DNA of 64,000 nucleotides from Emiliania huxleyi CCMP1516 (Eukaryota): the NCBI RefSeq assembly GCF_000372725.1, contig NW_005202113.1:248001-312000 (forward strand), given 5' to 3'. The notes below the pieces were generated by a model, which saw nothing but the letters and a program-made list of their open reading frames with translations, was not told where the DNA came from and did no database searches. Shown here piece after piece: positions 53,901 to 64,000 of the stretch; the first letter of the stretch is position 1, and each line of letters starts with the position of its first letter. Both the position numbers and the translations under genes were made by a program.

Positions 53901-56900
53901 CGGGAAACTTGCTCGCCCTGCTGGTCCCGCGCGGCGGAGTGCACAGGCCCATCGCGCGCAACCTTGTCACGCCTTTGAGCTGGAGGAGGGTGCGAAATGC
54001 CTGATATGCGCCTGGGCTCCTGACCAGCCGCTCTGGCGACCTCCCGTCCTCGAAGGTGACGTGGTTGCCGCCGGCTGACCACAGTACCAGCTCGCCGGCT
54101 TGCCGGCGCGGACCCGCCGCCGCATCAGGCGTGCTCGGTGCGGGCTGCGACGACGTGGCCGCGCCCTGCGACGAAGAACCTGCCCCGCTCGCACCAGACA
54201 ACGAGGCGGGCTCTAGTAGCGCTCGTGCCAAGGCTTCGTCGTTGAGGATGCGCGGCTTCTGCCAGCGTTCGGCCCAGCGGTCAACGTCCCACTCGCCGGC
54301 GCCAAGGGCAGTGGCAACCGCCAGCGAGAATTCAAGGTTACGGGCGTTGTGGTCGGCCTCCGACAGCCTGGCCTGAAAGGCGGCCACGGAGAGCCCCCCC
54401 ATTGTGCAGGCGTCGGCCACGTGCGGCTGGACGCCGTTCGTGACCCACTCCTGCGCCATCTGGAAGAGCTCCGGCTCATCCGCGTAGTGCGAGAAGTGGG
54501 GGTGCTCCTGCCGCTGCTGGCGCGCACCGCGCGTGGCGGAAGCTGGCGTGCTGTGTCCAGGAGAGGGTGGCGTGTTGCGTCCGGCGGAGGGTGGCGTACT
54601 CGAGCCGGGCGGGGGAGGCAGCAACTCCCTCATCGAGGCGGCGGCGATGCTCCGAGGCACCTCTCTCGAGCGCTCTGCCTCCTGCCTCGCGCGCTCCGCC
54701 TCCTCCTCCCTCGGCTGATCCCCCGACTCCGTCTCCGAGCTGTCGGCCACAGTACCCTCCGAGTCAGCTGCAGTGGCCGCACGGCGGAACCGCGGCGACG
54801 ATCGCGGCGCCCCGCCGCGACCAGCCCGATTGCACACGTGGACGATGGTGTCCCATGTCAGGCTAGCGAGGCAGTCAGCATCGAGGGGCAGGGGCGCGGG
54901 ACGCAGCGACGGGACAACAACGTAGTGATCCTCGTCCAGCCCGAGGTCCTGGAGCAGCGACTCGACGGTGACGCCGCACGAGGCCTCGTAGCAGAGCGGC
55001 CGCATCCCCCAGCCTGGCAGCCCGTGGACGAGCAGCTGCGTATAGACACGCCTGGCATACGTGGTGGCCGCGTGCCGCCGAGCATCGATGTACGGCGCGA
55101 GCAGCCCGATGCCAGGCAGCACGGCGCGTTCGTCCACCGCCAGCTTGCAGGCTTTGGAGCACTGCCGGAGCTTGAAGACGGGCGAGCGAGGCTCTTCCGC
55201 GAGGACGTCGGACGACGCCAAGCTGCCGTTGATGTGCTCCGTGACGAGCGTCACGAACAAGTGGATGGCGTCACCACTTGGCTCCCAGGCTGGGGCCGCA
55301 GCAGCCGGTGCAGGCGCTCCACCGCCGCCGAGCGCGTCGCCGCTCGCGACGCTGCGAGATACGGGGGCGATGATGTCGGACTGGTGCGGGTTGACGGCGA
55401 CCTGCTCGGCGAGATCAGCCGTGTACGAGGGGCACCCGCGTGGCGAGACGATGAGGACGTGCTCCGAGGAGAGCGTGAGCGGCGAGACAATGAGCGCGTG
55501 CTCAGACACCTCGAGCAGCTCGGCAGACGGCTGGTCTTGCGCGACGACGGCCTCGGCCACCTCGGCCTGGAGCTGCAGCTCCTCAAGTTCGCGCAGCACC
55601 GCCTGCCTCGCCTCGCGCGCCTTCTTCGTCCACACAGCGTGCATGCTCGTGAAGATGGCCGCGAAGGCAGGCCATGCGCGGAGGCGCGACGCCCCTGCCT
55701 TCTGGAGCGACGCGCGGAGCGACGCGCGGAGCGGCTTGAGCTTGAGCAGCCGCTGCTGCGCGGCAGCGGCGGCCTCGGCTCGCTCCCGCTCCGCCTGAGC
55801 GAAGGCCGGCGACTGCCGCTCCTCCGCCGCAAGCCAAGAGAGAAAGTCGATAACGCGCTGGTGCGAGTCTCGCTCCGCGCGCCGCTCCGCGCGCTGGTGG
55901 CGGCGCTTACGGGTGCGGAACGCTGCCCGCCGCCGCTCGCGGGCCACCTCCGCCTCCGCAGCCTTCGCCTCTGCGCACGCAGCCTCCACCGCCGCCGTAC
56001 GGAGCGCGACACGCCACCTCGACCGCCGCAACTGCACAGACGTGGCGGCGAGCGGTGGCGCAGCCTGCACTTGCACATCAACAGTGCTCTTCGCGCGAGC
56101 TGCGGCGGCGACGCGACGCCGGCGAGCCTGCTGCTGGGTGGATCGGAGGAGCCGTGCCTCCCGCGTCTTCCGCGCCGCGTCCTTGCGGTCGCGATCGGAC
56201 TGGCGGCGTGCGAAGCGGCGCAGCTCTGCCTCTCGCCCTGCCGCCGCCTCTGCAGCAGCCTCGCGCGCCGAGATGCACTCTTGCGTCGCGAACATGGCGA
56301 CGGGCTGCGGGGCGGGGACGACAGCGAACTGCGAGAAGGCACTGCGTGAGCCGGCCACCCCCAGCGTGTCTCCGACACCGCGTGCGTCAGAAGAGGTGAA
56401 GTTGGGGATGACAGAGATCTTGTTGGTCACCTTGCTAAAAGCCTTGATGGGGAGTAACGCCACCTAGAACATCGACGCGAGTGAAAATGGGGTGAGGTAG
56501 AGAGAGCGCAGAGAACTGCTCTGGAGGCGTGCGCCTCCGCCAGCGCCTCCGCCGCCTTGGACGGCTCCTCCTCGTCGGTGGAGGACGGCTCCTCCTCGTC
56601 GGACTGGGGCGTCTCCGCCACGGAGACGCCCGTGGTCGCGTCGTCCATGCCTTGCTGCACAGGCAAAGGCCCGTTGGAACGGTCAGAGCCAGTTGTTACT
56701 GAAGGCATGGTGGTGCCGACAGCGGTCGTAGTCGCAGCGCCGGCGTCGAGCTTGCACTCCTTTGCCGTCGCAACCGACTCCAGCGCCGAGTCCGGAGGAG
56801 CTGCAATCTTTACCTTGGCTTTTGCCTGAGCGTCGGCAAACGCGCGCCACTCCTGTGGCCAAAACGATCGATGGTGGGTCGGATGATTGTCGTCGTCCAC

Positions 56901-56948
56901 GACGAGGAGGTCCCCCTCGCAGAAGGCCACCGCGCGATCGTCAGCCAT
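50941..56948 (-). CDS. MULE DDE transposase with long N-terminal extension (exons 56948-56535, 56463-52761, 52661-50941; ~1945 aa)
   Basis: MuDR/WRKY-type finger CAKQGCMF..DHTC. DDE residues in LAYDFTH, FVRDGR and TTSQFGEKMN, with CVSH (CxxH). SWIM-like CACG..GFPCEC, AT-hook PGRPKRGR and terminal Cys knuckle. A phase-0 GC-AG and a phase-1 GT-AG intron join the three ORFs in frame. Confidence 0.85.
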
Positions 56949-57077
56949 CGCGTGCAGGCAATCCGGCCAGACAGAAGAGCACAGCAGACAATGACAATCC
57001 GGATTGGCCAGCGAGTAGGATGACGCCCGAATCAAGTTTCAGCGTTCAACCAGTAACGGATTCGGATTTGCAGGTGA

Positions 57078-57273
57078 GTAATCTGCGAGGTGGATTGTGT
57101 GGTGTGTAGTAATCTGCAAGGTGGATTGTGTGGTGTGTAGTAATCTGCAAGGTGGATTGTGTGTGTGTAGTAATCTGCAAGGTGGATTGTGTGGTGCGTA
57201 GTAATCTGCAAGGTGGATTGTGTCTGTGTAGTAATCTGCAAGGTGGATTGTGTGGTGTGTAGTAATCTGCAAG
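57078..57273 (-). repeat. Right subterminal array (7 core copies, inverted)
   Basis: GTAATCTGCAAG cores; unit variants mirror the left array from the terminus inward. Confidence 0.95.
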
Positions 57274-57374
57274 AGAAAAGCTCAAAACGTAGTAAACTGC
57301 AATTTTTCCTCAAAAAAAACAAAAATCGAAAACGTCAATCCCGGCCTAGCCGCCTCCTTCCGAGAGCCTCGACG

Positions 57375-59187
57375 ATGCTCACCACTCGGCCTCTCTCCGG
57401 CGGCGGGAGGCCACGCCTGGTCGGAGGTCTTGCTGCGCTGCTAACGACGCTGGTGCTGCTCGCAAACTCGCGGCGGGGCGGGAGTGGCTGGGCTGTCGGT
57501 GCAGAGGAGGCAGCGGCCTCCAGCAGCACCGGCGGTGGCAGCACCGGCGGCGGCGGCGGCAGCGAGCAGCTGGACGCCGAGTGCAATCACTGCAGGTGGA
57601 CTGCGGAGTGGGCCTGCCCGGGCGGCGATATTCCGGGCACAAAGGGCTGGGCCGAGCCGGACGAGTCGGTCTGCTTCAACCACTGCTGCCCCGACTCGTG
57701 TGCAGCGTACAGCGTGATCACCGGGAGCTGCTGGCGGCACAAGGCCCCTCGCGAGGTGCCGTACAACGAGGCTCTCGCGAGGACGGACGGGTACAAGCTC
57801 GTCAACGTGGCGCTCGGCACAGACTGCAGGGAGACGTGGCTCCTCTCCAAGTTTGCGACCGCCGTCACGGGCCTCGTCCGGCACGGCATCGAGTCGCTCA
57901 AGCTGCCGATGAAGGTGACGCGCTTTCTGCCGCCCGGCGCCGACCTGCACGTCAGCTCGATCACCGGGGCGATTGTCGTCCTCGACAACGTCACCGTCAC
58001 CAAGATCCAGCCATCCGTGCTCAAGTACGGCTTCTGCTACGACGACCAGGAGTGGCGCGTGGACCAGAACTGGGTGCTGAGGAACACGTTGTACCAGCGG
58101 CCGCCCGACCGGATGATGGTCGTCTCGAGCGAGATCCAGGCCACCGTCAAGTTCGACTACGAGCTCTACCAGGACCTGCTGCTCGGCAAAGTGCCTCTCG
58201 GGGACGGCCCGCCGACTAGATGCGGGGCACGTCACTCTGTCAGAGACAGCGCCCGAGAGGACACGCGACAGCGCCCGAGAGGACACGCGAAGAACTGAGC
58301 TAGTGCTCGCGCCCTCCTCCCCCGCAGGCTCCGCGCAGACGACCGTCAAGGGCTTCCTCGGGCTCGACCTCGACCTGTCGCGCATCGCGACGAAGGCGAT
58401 CAGCGACTGCGACGGCAAGTTCGGCATGACCTCCCTCGCCCTCGAAGTCAACTCCGACCTGCTCGGCGAGAACCTCGGCATTGAGGCGTCGGGCGCGATG
58501 ACGAAACACCTCGTCGAGAGCTTCGCGCCGCTCATCGCCTCGCAGGTGACCCGTCGCCCCCAGCGACGCCGCGCCCCGCCCCTGCCGTCGCCTCGCCCTC
58601 GCCCGCCCCAGCGACGCCGCGCCCCTGCCCGCCCGCCCACCCCGCGGCCGCACCGAGGCCCACCACCGCCGCACTGCCCTCCGCCGCCGCAGATGCACGC
58701 CATCATCTGCCACGGGAACGGGCTTGCCGACGTCAACATCGTGCTGCACGACCCGCCCGAGGGGGAGGGCGACGTCGACCTCGAGGCGGAGCCGGTTGCA
58801 GAGGTGGAGCGCTTCCGCGGCACACGCCCTCCTTGCGCGGCTGCTGGACGGCGAGCGGCGCGCGTCTCTTCACGGCTCCGCCTGTGAGCAGGCATCGTCG
58901 AGGAGATCAACGAGCAGCTGGCGAGCAGCTTCGGGATGCTGGGTGCGGTGCAGCGCTTCGCGGAGACCGACGAGGACCGGCGGCGCAAGATGAAGCGCGA
59001 CTGCGAGCGGCTGCGCAAGGCGGGCAAGGAGGTCTGGGGCGACTCGTGCCTCGGCATGAAGCGCTTCCAGAACGTCGACGCGGCGCCGCCGCCGCCCGCC
59101 CCGCCCGCGCAGCCGAGCTGGTCCGACATCTTCGTGAAGGACGTCGTCAGCTTTGGCTGGGCGCCGCAGGTGCCGACGATGGGCTAG
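57375..59187 (+). CDS. Secreted or anchored protein with Cys-rich module and probable BPI/LBP (TULIP) domain (4 exons)
   Basis: Hydrophobic N-terminus and CRWTAEWACPG..CFNHCC module. Beta-rich region VLDNVTVTKI..ATVKFDY..G.G..ISDC ending in the helix FAPLIASQMHAIIC, as in BPI N-terminal domains. Confidence 0.55.
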
Positions 59188-59659
59188 CGAGGCGCTTGTT
59201 CGCACCGCCGCCTCCGGCGTGCGCCCAATTTAGGAATCTAGTCGATGTGTGCATGCGTGCTGCGGCAGCGTGGTCCATCAGACACACACACATGCTCCAT
59301 GCAACGTCAGCAGCACCACAGTCGCAGTGGAGCGGCGAGTGAGGCCGCGGCCCGTCCGGCGCCAAGACGCGCACACATGACACATCACCGGCGCAACACC
59401 AGCACCACAGCATGCATTTCCCATGTCCAGTTCGCACAGAGTTGTGCCTATGAGCTTCACACTACGTTACACACACTCTCTCTCTCTGTGATCTCTGCGC
59501 GCGCGGGTGTGTCTGTCTCTCCCCCGGTCTCGGTCCGTCGCACCGTGACAAATACGTATGTGCAAAACACCGGCCACCTGGCACCCTCCCCGCCACACCC
59601 GCGGCGCGCGCCCCGGGCACGCCTCACACACACAGCCTGCTGACACAGCTCCCAAAATA

Positions 59660-60216
59660 CGGGGTGTGGACCCTGAGTTGACCAGGGGTTGTGCGCTGGG
59701 CTCTCCTGCTCGGCTCCAGCCAGTAGACAAGTCTTGTCATCAACAGAGTAGAAGGATCTGACCTCGGGGCCGATGTGACCAAGCGCTGGTAGCGTGGTTT
59801 AACCTCACACCCATGGTATCACAGTGTGCCGGCAGTCGCCGAGCAGTGTCGCTCACACAAGCCGCAGCACAAGTGACTGAGGGCCAGTGAGGGCGAGCCC
59901 ATCGCTGTCACAGCTGTGGCAGCCGCACAGTAGGCTGTGTCAACTGTGCAGAGTGTGTGAACAGCAGAGGAGCTGCTCTCCAAGCTTCAGGCGCAAAGAG
60001 CTGCATGCCGCCGATGGCGCTGTCGAGGTTCGCCGAGCGCGGCGCAGGTTGGAGGAAGCCGCCACCGACGAGCGCGTTGGAGTATTCACTCCGGACAAAG
60101 ACGGGTAGACGCACACGAGCCGCGGTCGTCTACCCGTCATAGCGGCGAGGCGCGGGACCGTCTGTGGCGAAGTGGGTCGCGTCCTCCGATTTCCTCAACT
60201 CACGGTCCGCTCCCTC
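59660..60216. mobile_element. ~560-bp MITE (TA TSD), copy 2
   Basis: TA|CGGGGTGTGGACCCTGAGTTGA ... TCAACTCACGGTCCGCTCCCTC|TA; colinear with 21518-22078. Confidence 0.85.
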
Positions 60217-60639
60217 TACCAAAAACGAAATATGAGCTTTGTGGCATATAACGATCTGAGGGTTAGGTTTCTGGAGCCCCGGGTGCTTTTACGCTGCTTT
60301 TGATCCGGTCAGGGGAGTGCGACTTTTACCACTTTGGTCGTCTCGGAGCGCCTCCATAAGCTCGTTTAGGGTTTAGCATTTATTCTCAAAATTTTCCTCG
60401 GCGCTGCGCGCCGGGTGCAGATTGATTGCAGTATAGTACACAGTAGTAGTGGCTCTCGTCCCGCAAAGTACTGTTCCCGCACAGTACGCTGTATTCACAG
60501 CGATTGCGGCGAATAAGATACCACCCTCAATTGACAAGCAGAGCCTGACCAGCTATAACACCAACAACGGATACAACAGACGCAAAGTAATACGGACAAT
60601 GAGCGGTCAACGCCTGCTGCGATTGCTTGCTGCTGCTAT

Positions 60640-61578
60640 TTACTTCTGCTGATGAGAGAGCTCATCTGCTGGCGATCGCTGGGCCCAAGCCAAGCTGCGC
60701 TGCAGAACATCCATGGCTCCAGAGCAGACAGGTTCCACATGGCACGCCACTAACTGCTGCACCTGCCACTCATCTTTGAACTTGAGCAACGCCGCTCTCA
60801 CCGCCTTGCAGTCAACCCGTGGATCGCTGTTGGCATAGGTTGGATAGAGCTGTCCAGATGAGAAAGACGGCTCGTAGTACAAGCAGTGGTTAGCACGCGC
60901 GAACCACTCTGGCGTGTTTGCAGGAAGCGTCGACGAGCCAGGGCCATATCCTTCATTATTTGTCTTGTACACATGGTCACAACCAATGAAGGTGCATGTG
61001 GCCTTGTGCAGAAAACAGTACTCACCCTGCAAAGACAGCCAGTCAAACTCAGCACCAATGAATGTAACGACCTGAGCAGCATCTGAATCACGACTGAGAA
61101 ACAGATCAATGCGATAGTCTGGCAAGCTTTCTCCAGCTATGTAGATGGCATTCGGATAACGATCTTGGAACCGCTTCAGCCCTGACAGATGTGCTCGTGG
61201 TACAAAGGCGACCTTGACCTCACCTAGGCTGTCCAAAGCCACTTCCGCTGCTCGGCCGCCGTCAGTTTCGGAAAGCCAAGGGGAGTAAACAAAGAGGCCA
61301 CCCTTACGCAGCTTGAGGACAATCATCGAGGAATTCCATGCAGGCCTCCCAGCACTCGTGGCCAGGCTTTCGTACTCCAAATCGCGCATAGACATGAGTC
61401 GCTCGTACTCCGCACGGTCCTCTGGCTTCATCCTGTCTGCAACACCCATCATGCCCGGGATGCGATCCAGGAAAAGCTCCAGAAAGCGCTTGCTCGTGGG
61501 AACCTCCCACCAGAACTGATAAATTGGCGCATTGGCAAAGACTGATATGGGTGGAGCCTCCGTACGCGGAAACGCCAT
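60640..61578 (-). CDS. DUF4336-family (metallo-beta-lactamase-like fold) protein, intronless and lower GC
   Basis: MIVLKLRKGGLFVYSP, LDSLGEVKVAFVPRAHL, RYPNA, EYCFLHKATCTFIGCD and W...LVACH. Confidence 0.75.
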   Translation of the reverse strand: MAFPRTEAPPISVFANAPIYQFWWEVPTSKRFLELFLDRIPGMMGVADRMKPEDRAEYERLMSMRDLEYESLATSAGRPAWNSSMIVLKLRKGGLFVYSPWLSETDGGRAAEVALDSLGEVKVAFVPRAHLSGLKRFQDRYPNAIYIAGESLPDYRIDLFLSRDSDAAQVVTFIGAEFDWLSLQGEYCFLHKATCTFIGCDHVYKTNNEGYGPGSSTLPANTPEWFARANHCLYYEPSFSSGQLYPTYANSDPRVDCKAVRAALLKFKDEWQVQQLVACHVEPVCSGAMDVLQRSLAWAQRSPADELSHQQK

Positions 61579-62360
61579 GGACGGGGAAGTCTGTGCCGCA
61601 GCGATGTCGCATGTTTTCTTCTTTGAGAATTGTAGGACTTAGTGAGAGGGGGTGGTTGCGCGCGCCCCTGAACGAGAGGTGAAGGGTCCCCGACGGGGTC
61701 CTGTTTCAATTCTGGGCCTGGCGGTTCCCGCGCGTGGCGGGAGCCGCAGAGTTGCGTGGCGGTCGGTGCCCAGGCAGGGGGCGGAGCGCAGAATTCCGCC
61801 GCGCGCGAGAGGCAGGAGCGGAGCGGAGCTCCACCCGAAGTCGTACCGCGGAGCGGGGTTCTTTCTGGTTGGTTTTGGCGTAACAAGAGACAGTGCTCTC
61901 GTTGTGGGTCTGCAGCCTGGATGCAGCCTGTGCCGCACAATGCTTTCTGGCGTTGTAAGATTCTTTCTGGCGGCATGAGCGCGTCGAACACAATGCTGGC
62001 CACCTGGCTCTATTTCTGCAACCTTCGAATCGAAGCCTTCGTTCACAAATTAGCTTTTTCTCTCGAGCTTTCTCCACGACACTGGTGAGTTTCGCGATTT
62101 ACCATTTTGCATTTCTGCCCCGAGAGCCTGTGCGGCTTTAAATTATGATTTATGCACGTTGGTATATGTAAAACTAAAGAGGTGGGCGCATGAAGAGGCG
62201 CGGGAGCCGGGACGCAATAAAATGACGTACCACACATGGCCTGCCTGCTGCCTCGCTCGGCCTCGAGACAGACTCGACAGGTGTACACGGTAAACGGTAA
62301 ACGGTACAGTACGGAGACATGCGCACGTACGAGACAAACCTACCCGCGCCCTATGATCAT

Positions 62361-63206
62361 CTACCACCACGAGCTCCAGGCCCCCGGGCCGGCGGCATCG
62401 CTCACCGCCCCACCACGCCCTGGGCCGGCCGCCGACGGCCGAGGCGCCGCCTCGATCGCTGCCGCGACCGCCTTGACGTCGAGCGTGGCGTCGGGACCTG
62501 CGGCGACCGCTCCGCCACCCTCCTCGGCCCCATCCCGCGCGCAGAAGCTAACCCGCTCGGCGAGGGCGGCGGGCAGGACCGGCCGGACCACCGACCAGAG
62601 CATGCCAAAGGCGGCGGGCGCATCGAGGATGACGAGGGCTCCATACTCGCACGGGAAGGCGGCGGTGAGGAGGCGCGCGTAGTTGAGCTGCGTTAGGAGC
62701 GCGCTCGGCATGACGAAGCTGCTCACGTCGGCCGCGGTCATGCCCGCCAAATCCTGCACGAGAGAGACGCCGTGCGAGGTGCCGCCCTCCTCGCGCAGCA
62801 GCAGGTCCTTGAGCCACCAGACGTGCGCGCTCGCAACCTCGTCCAGCGTGTGCCCCGCGTCAAGCATGCGGCGCAGCGCGTCGAAGCCGAGCACGATCAC
62901 CGGCCGCCCAGCTCCATCCCGCCGAGCAGCGAGCCGTGCGACGCCAAAGCGCAGGCGGTGGGCAGCCTCGGCGTCCGTGCACGGCCCCACGCCGGCGGCC
63001 GACCACGAGAGGTTGGACCGGACCAGCTGAACGCAGCCGTCGGCCGAGCCGGAGGCGTGCCACAGGAAGCACCGCAGCCAGCCGGGCTCCTGCCGAACGA
63101 GCCTCCGCATCGCCGCGGCGACGGCCTCATCCGCGTCCTGGTGAGTGGCGATGGAGAAAATAGCGGCGGTGAGGCTCGGGTCGGCGAGCGAGGATGCGGT
63201 GGACAT
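62361..63206 (-). CDS. CRAL-TRIO domain protein
   Basis: LRCFL, RDGAGRPVIV, GVSLVQDLAGM and FPCEYGALVILDAPAAFGMLWSVVRPVLP..LAERVSF. Confidence 0.85.
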   Translation of the reverse strand: MSTASSLADPSLTAAIFSIATHQDADEAVAAAMRRLVRQEPGWLRCFLWHASGSADGCVQLVRSNLSWSAAGVGPCTDAEAAHRLRFGVARLAARRDGAGRPVIVLGFDALRRMLDAGHTLDEVASAHVWWLKDLLLREEGGTSHGVSLVQDLAGMTAADVSSFVMPSALLTQLNYARLLTAAFPCEYGALVILDAPAAFGMLWSVVRPVLPAALAERVSFCARDGAEEGGGAVAAGPDATLDVKAVAAAIEAAPRPSAAGPGRGGAVSDAAGPGAWSSWW

Positions 63207-64000
63207 TGTAATCCACAGCGGACCGCCGTATCTTATTTAATAAGTTGCGGGTCGAGGGTGGCGGCGTGCCTTGCAGGAGCGAGTGGTTCCGTGCGACTTA
63301 TACCAGGCCACGCACCCGGCAACAGTTCGACGCGACGTAGCGAAGTTGGAGACTGGGTGGGTGGGGCGCCGGATGGCGACATGGCGAGCATTCCGAGCAA
63401 GCTTGGGAGCTCAAAGGGAGGCAACCCGGCAGCCTTCGCTGGTCAGCATGCGGGACAGCTCATATCACAGATTACTTTCTTGCAACAAACACCCTAGCAA
63501 ACACCAAACAAATCTAACACTCACATCATTTGGGGCCTCGACATACAACAAAAACAAAAGCTATGAAGGGTTACAGTCTGTCGGGCATTAAGAAAACGTA
63601 GCATTAAGAAACCCTACCAAGCGATTTCCGCGAAAATCTAAGAAACCACGGCGCGCCGCAGGCGCGCCGGCTGGCAAACGCCGCAGGCGCGCAGGCCTGC
63701 AGGCCCGCGCCAGTGCCGGGCTGCAGCCGCAGCCCAATACTACGCCTCCGCCCCCTCCGTCGCCTCCCCTTCCGCCTCGGCTGCCCCCGCCTCCACACCT
63801 CGCCCTCGACACACACTCACCCAAGTCCCTCCGTTGATACAGTCGGTTGGCGTCGACGACCACAAGGTGCCGCCCAGGGCGCTCCGGTGTGCATATGTAC
63901 CGTACCGTCTCGAGTCTTGCGACCGTGTACGCATATCACGCGCGCAACGTCTAGTGTACCATGTCGCATGCGTTTTTTGCAATACACGCGTAGAGACCCG

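Larger units (their letters stand above)
50634..57309 (-). mobile_element. Full-length Mutator/MuDR-like (MULE) transposon with tandem-array TIRs
   Basis: Termini GGAAAAATTGCAGTTTACTACGTTTTGAGCTTTTCTC inverted at both ends. 9-bp TSD TCAAAAAAG / TCAAAAAAA (one mismatch). Internal transposase gene. Confidence 0.92.

Noticed and set aside
60259..60376. Telomere-like GGGTTAGG / TTTAGGGTTTAG
   Set aside because: Only one or two units; not an array.
1..64000. Prokaryotic operon or defence-island interpretation; tRNA/rRNA genes
   Set aside because: Spliceosomal introns and eukaryote-specific genes occur throughout. I recognised no tRNA or rRNA by eye, but a covariance search was not possible.

Overview
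GC-rich, gene-dense eukaryotic DNA with short introns, many of which have GC-AG boundaries. The intron style, a secondary-plastid targeting motif and the gene families point to a haptophyte such as Emiliania/Gephyrocapsa huxleyi (inference). About 25 host genes are recognisable: BNR-repeat protein, two CRAL-TRIO proteins, DFR/CCR-like reductase, SGNH hydrolase, pentapeptide-repeat protein, RWD protein, 2OG-Fe(II)/TPR protein, parvulin, PH-TBC-EF RabGAP, TIR-like membrane protein, LRR protein, RPE, GT-like protein, WRAP73, thioredoxin, histidine phosphatase, PRMT10-like, CWC2-like, BPI-like and DUF4336. Three things stand out. (1) A three-exon, ~1116-aa fusion of an HTTM (vitamin-K-carboxylase-type) membrane domain, an FSP1/AIFM2-like NAD(P)H:quinone reductase and a DCC1/DUF393 CxxC redoxin (4858-8362), a candidate self-contained quinone-redox machine. 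(2) An apparently intact 6.7-kb Mutator element (50634-57309) with tandem-array TIRs, whose spliced ~1945-aa transposase carries an internal ubiquitin-like domain ending in RGG. (3) A dense set of non-autonomous elements: a foldback element with ~470-bp arms, TA-flanked MITEs, nested elements with 7-bp TSDs, and CRE-like retroelement remnants with a possible shared target motif. All domain calls are from motif recognition by eye; no searches were run.
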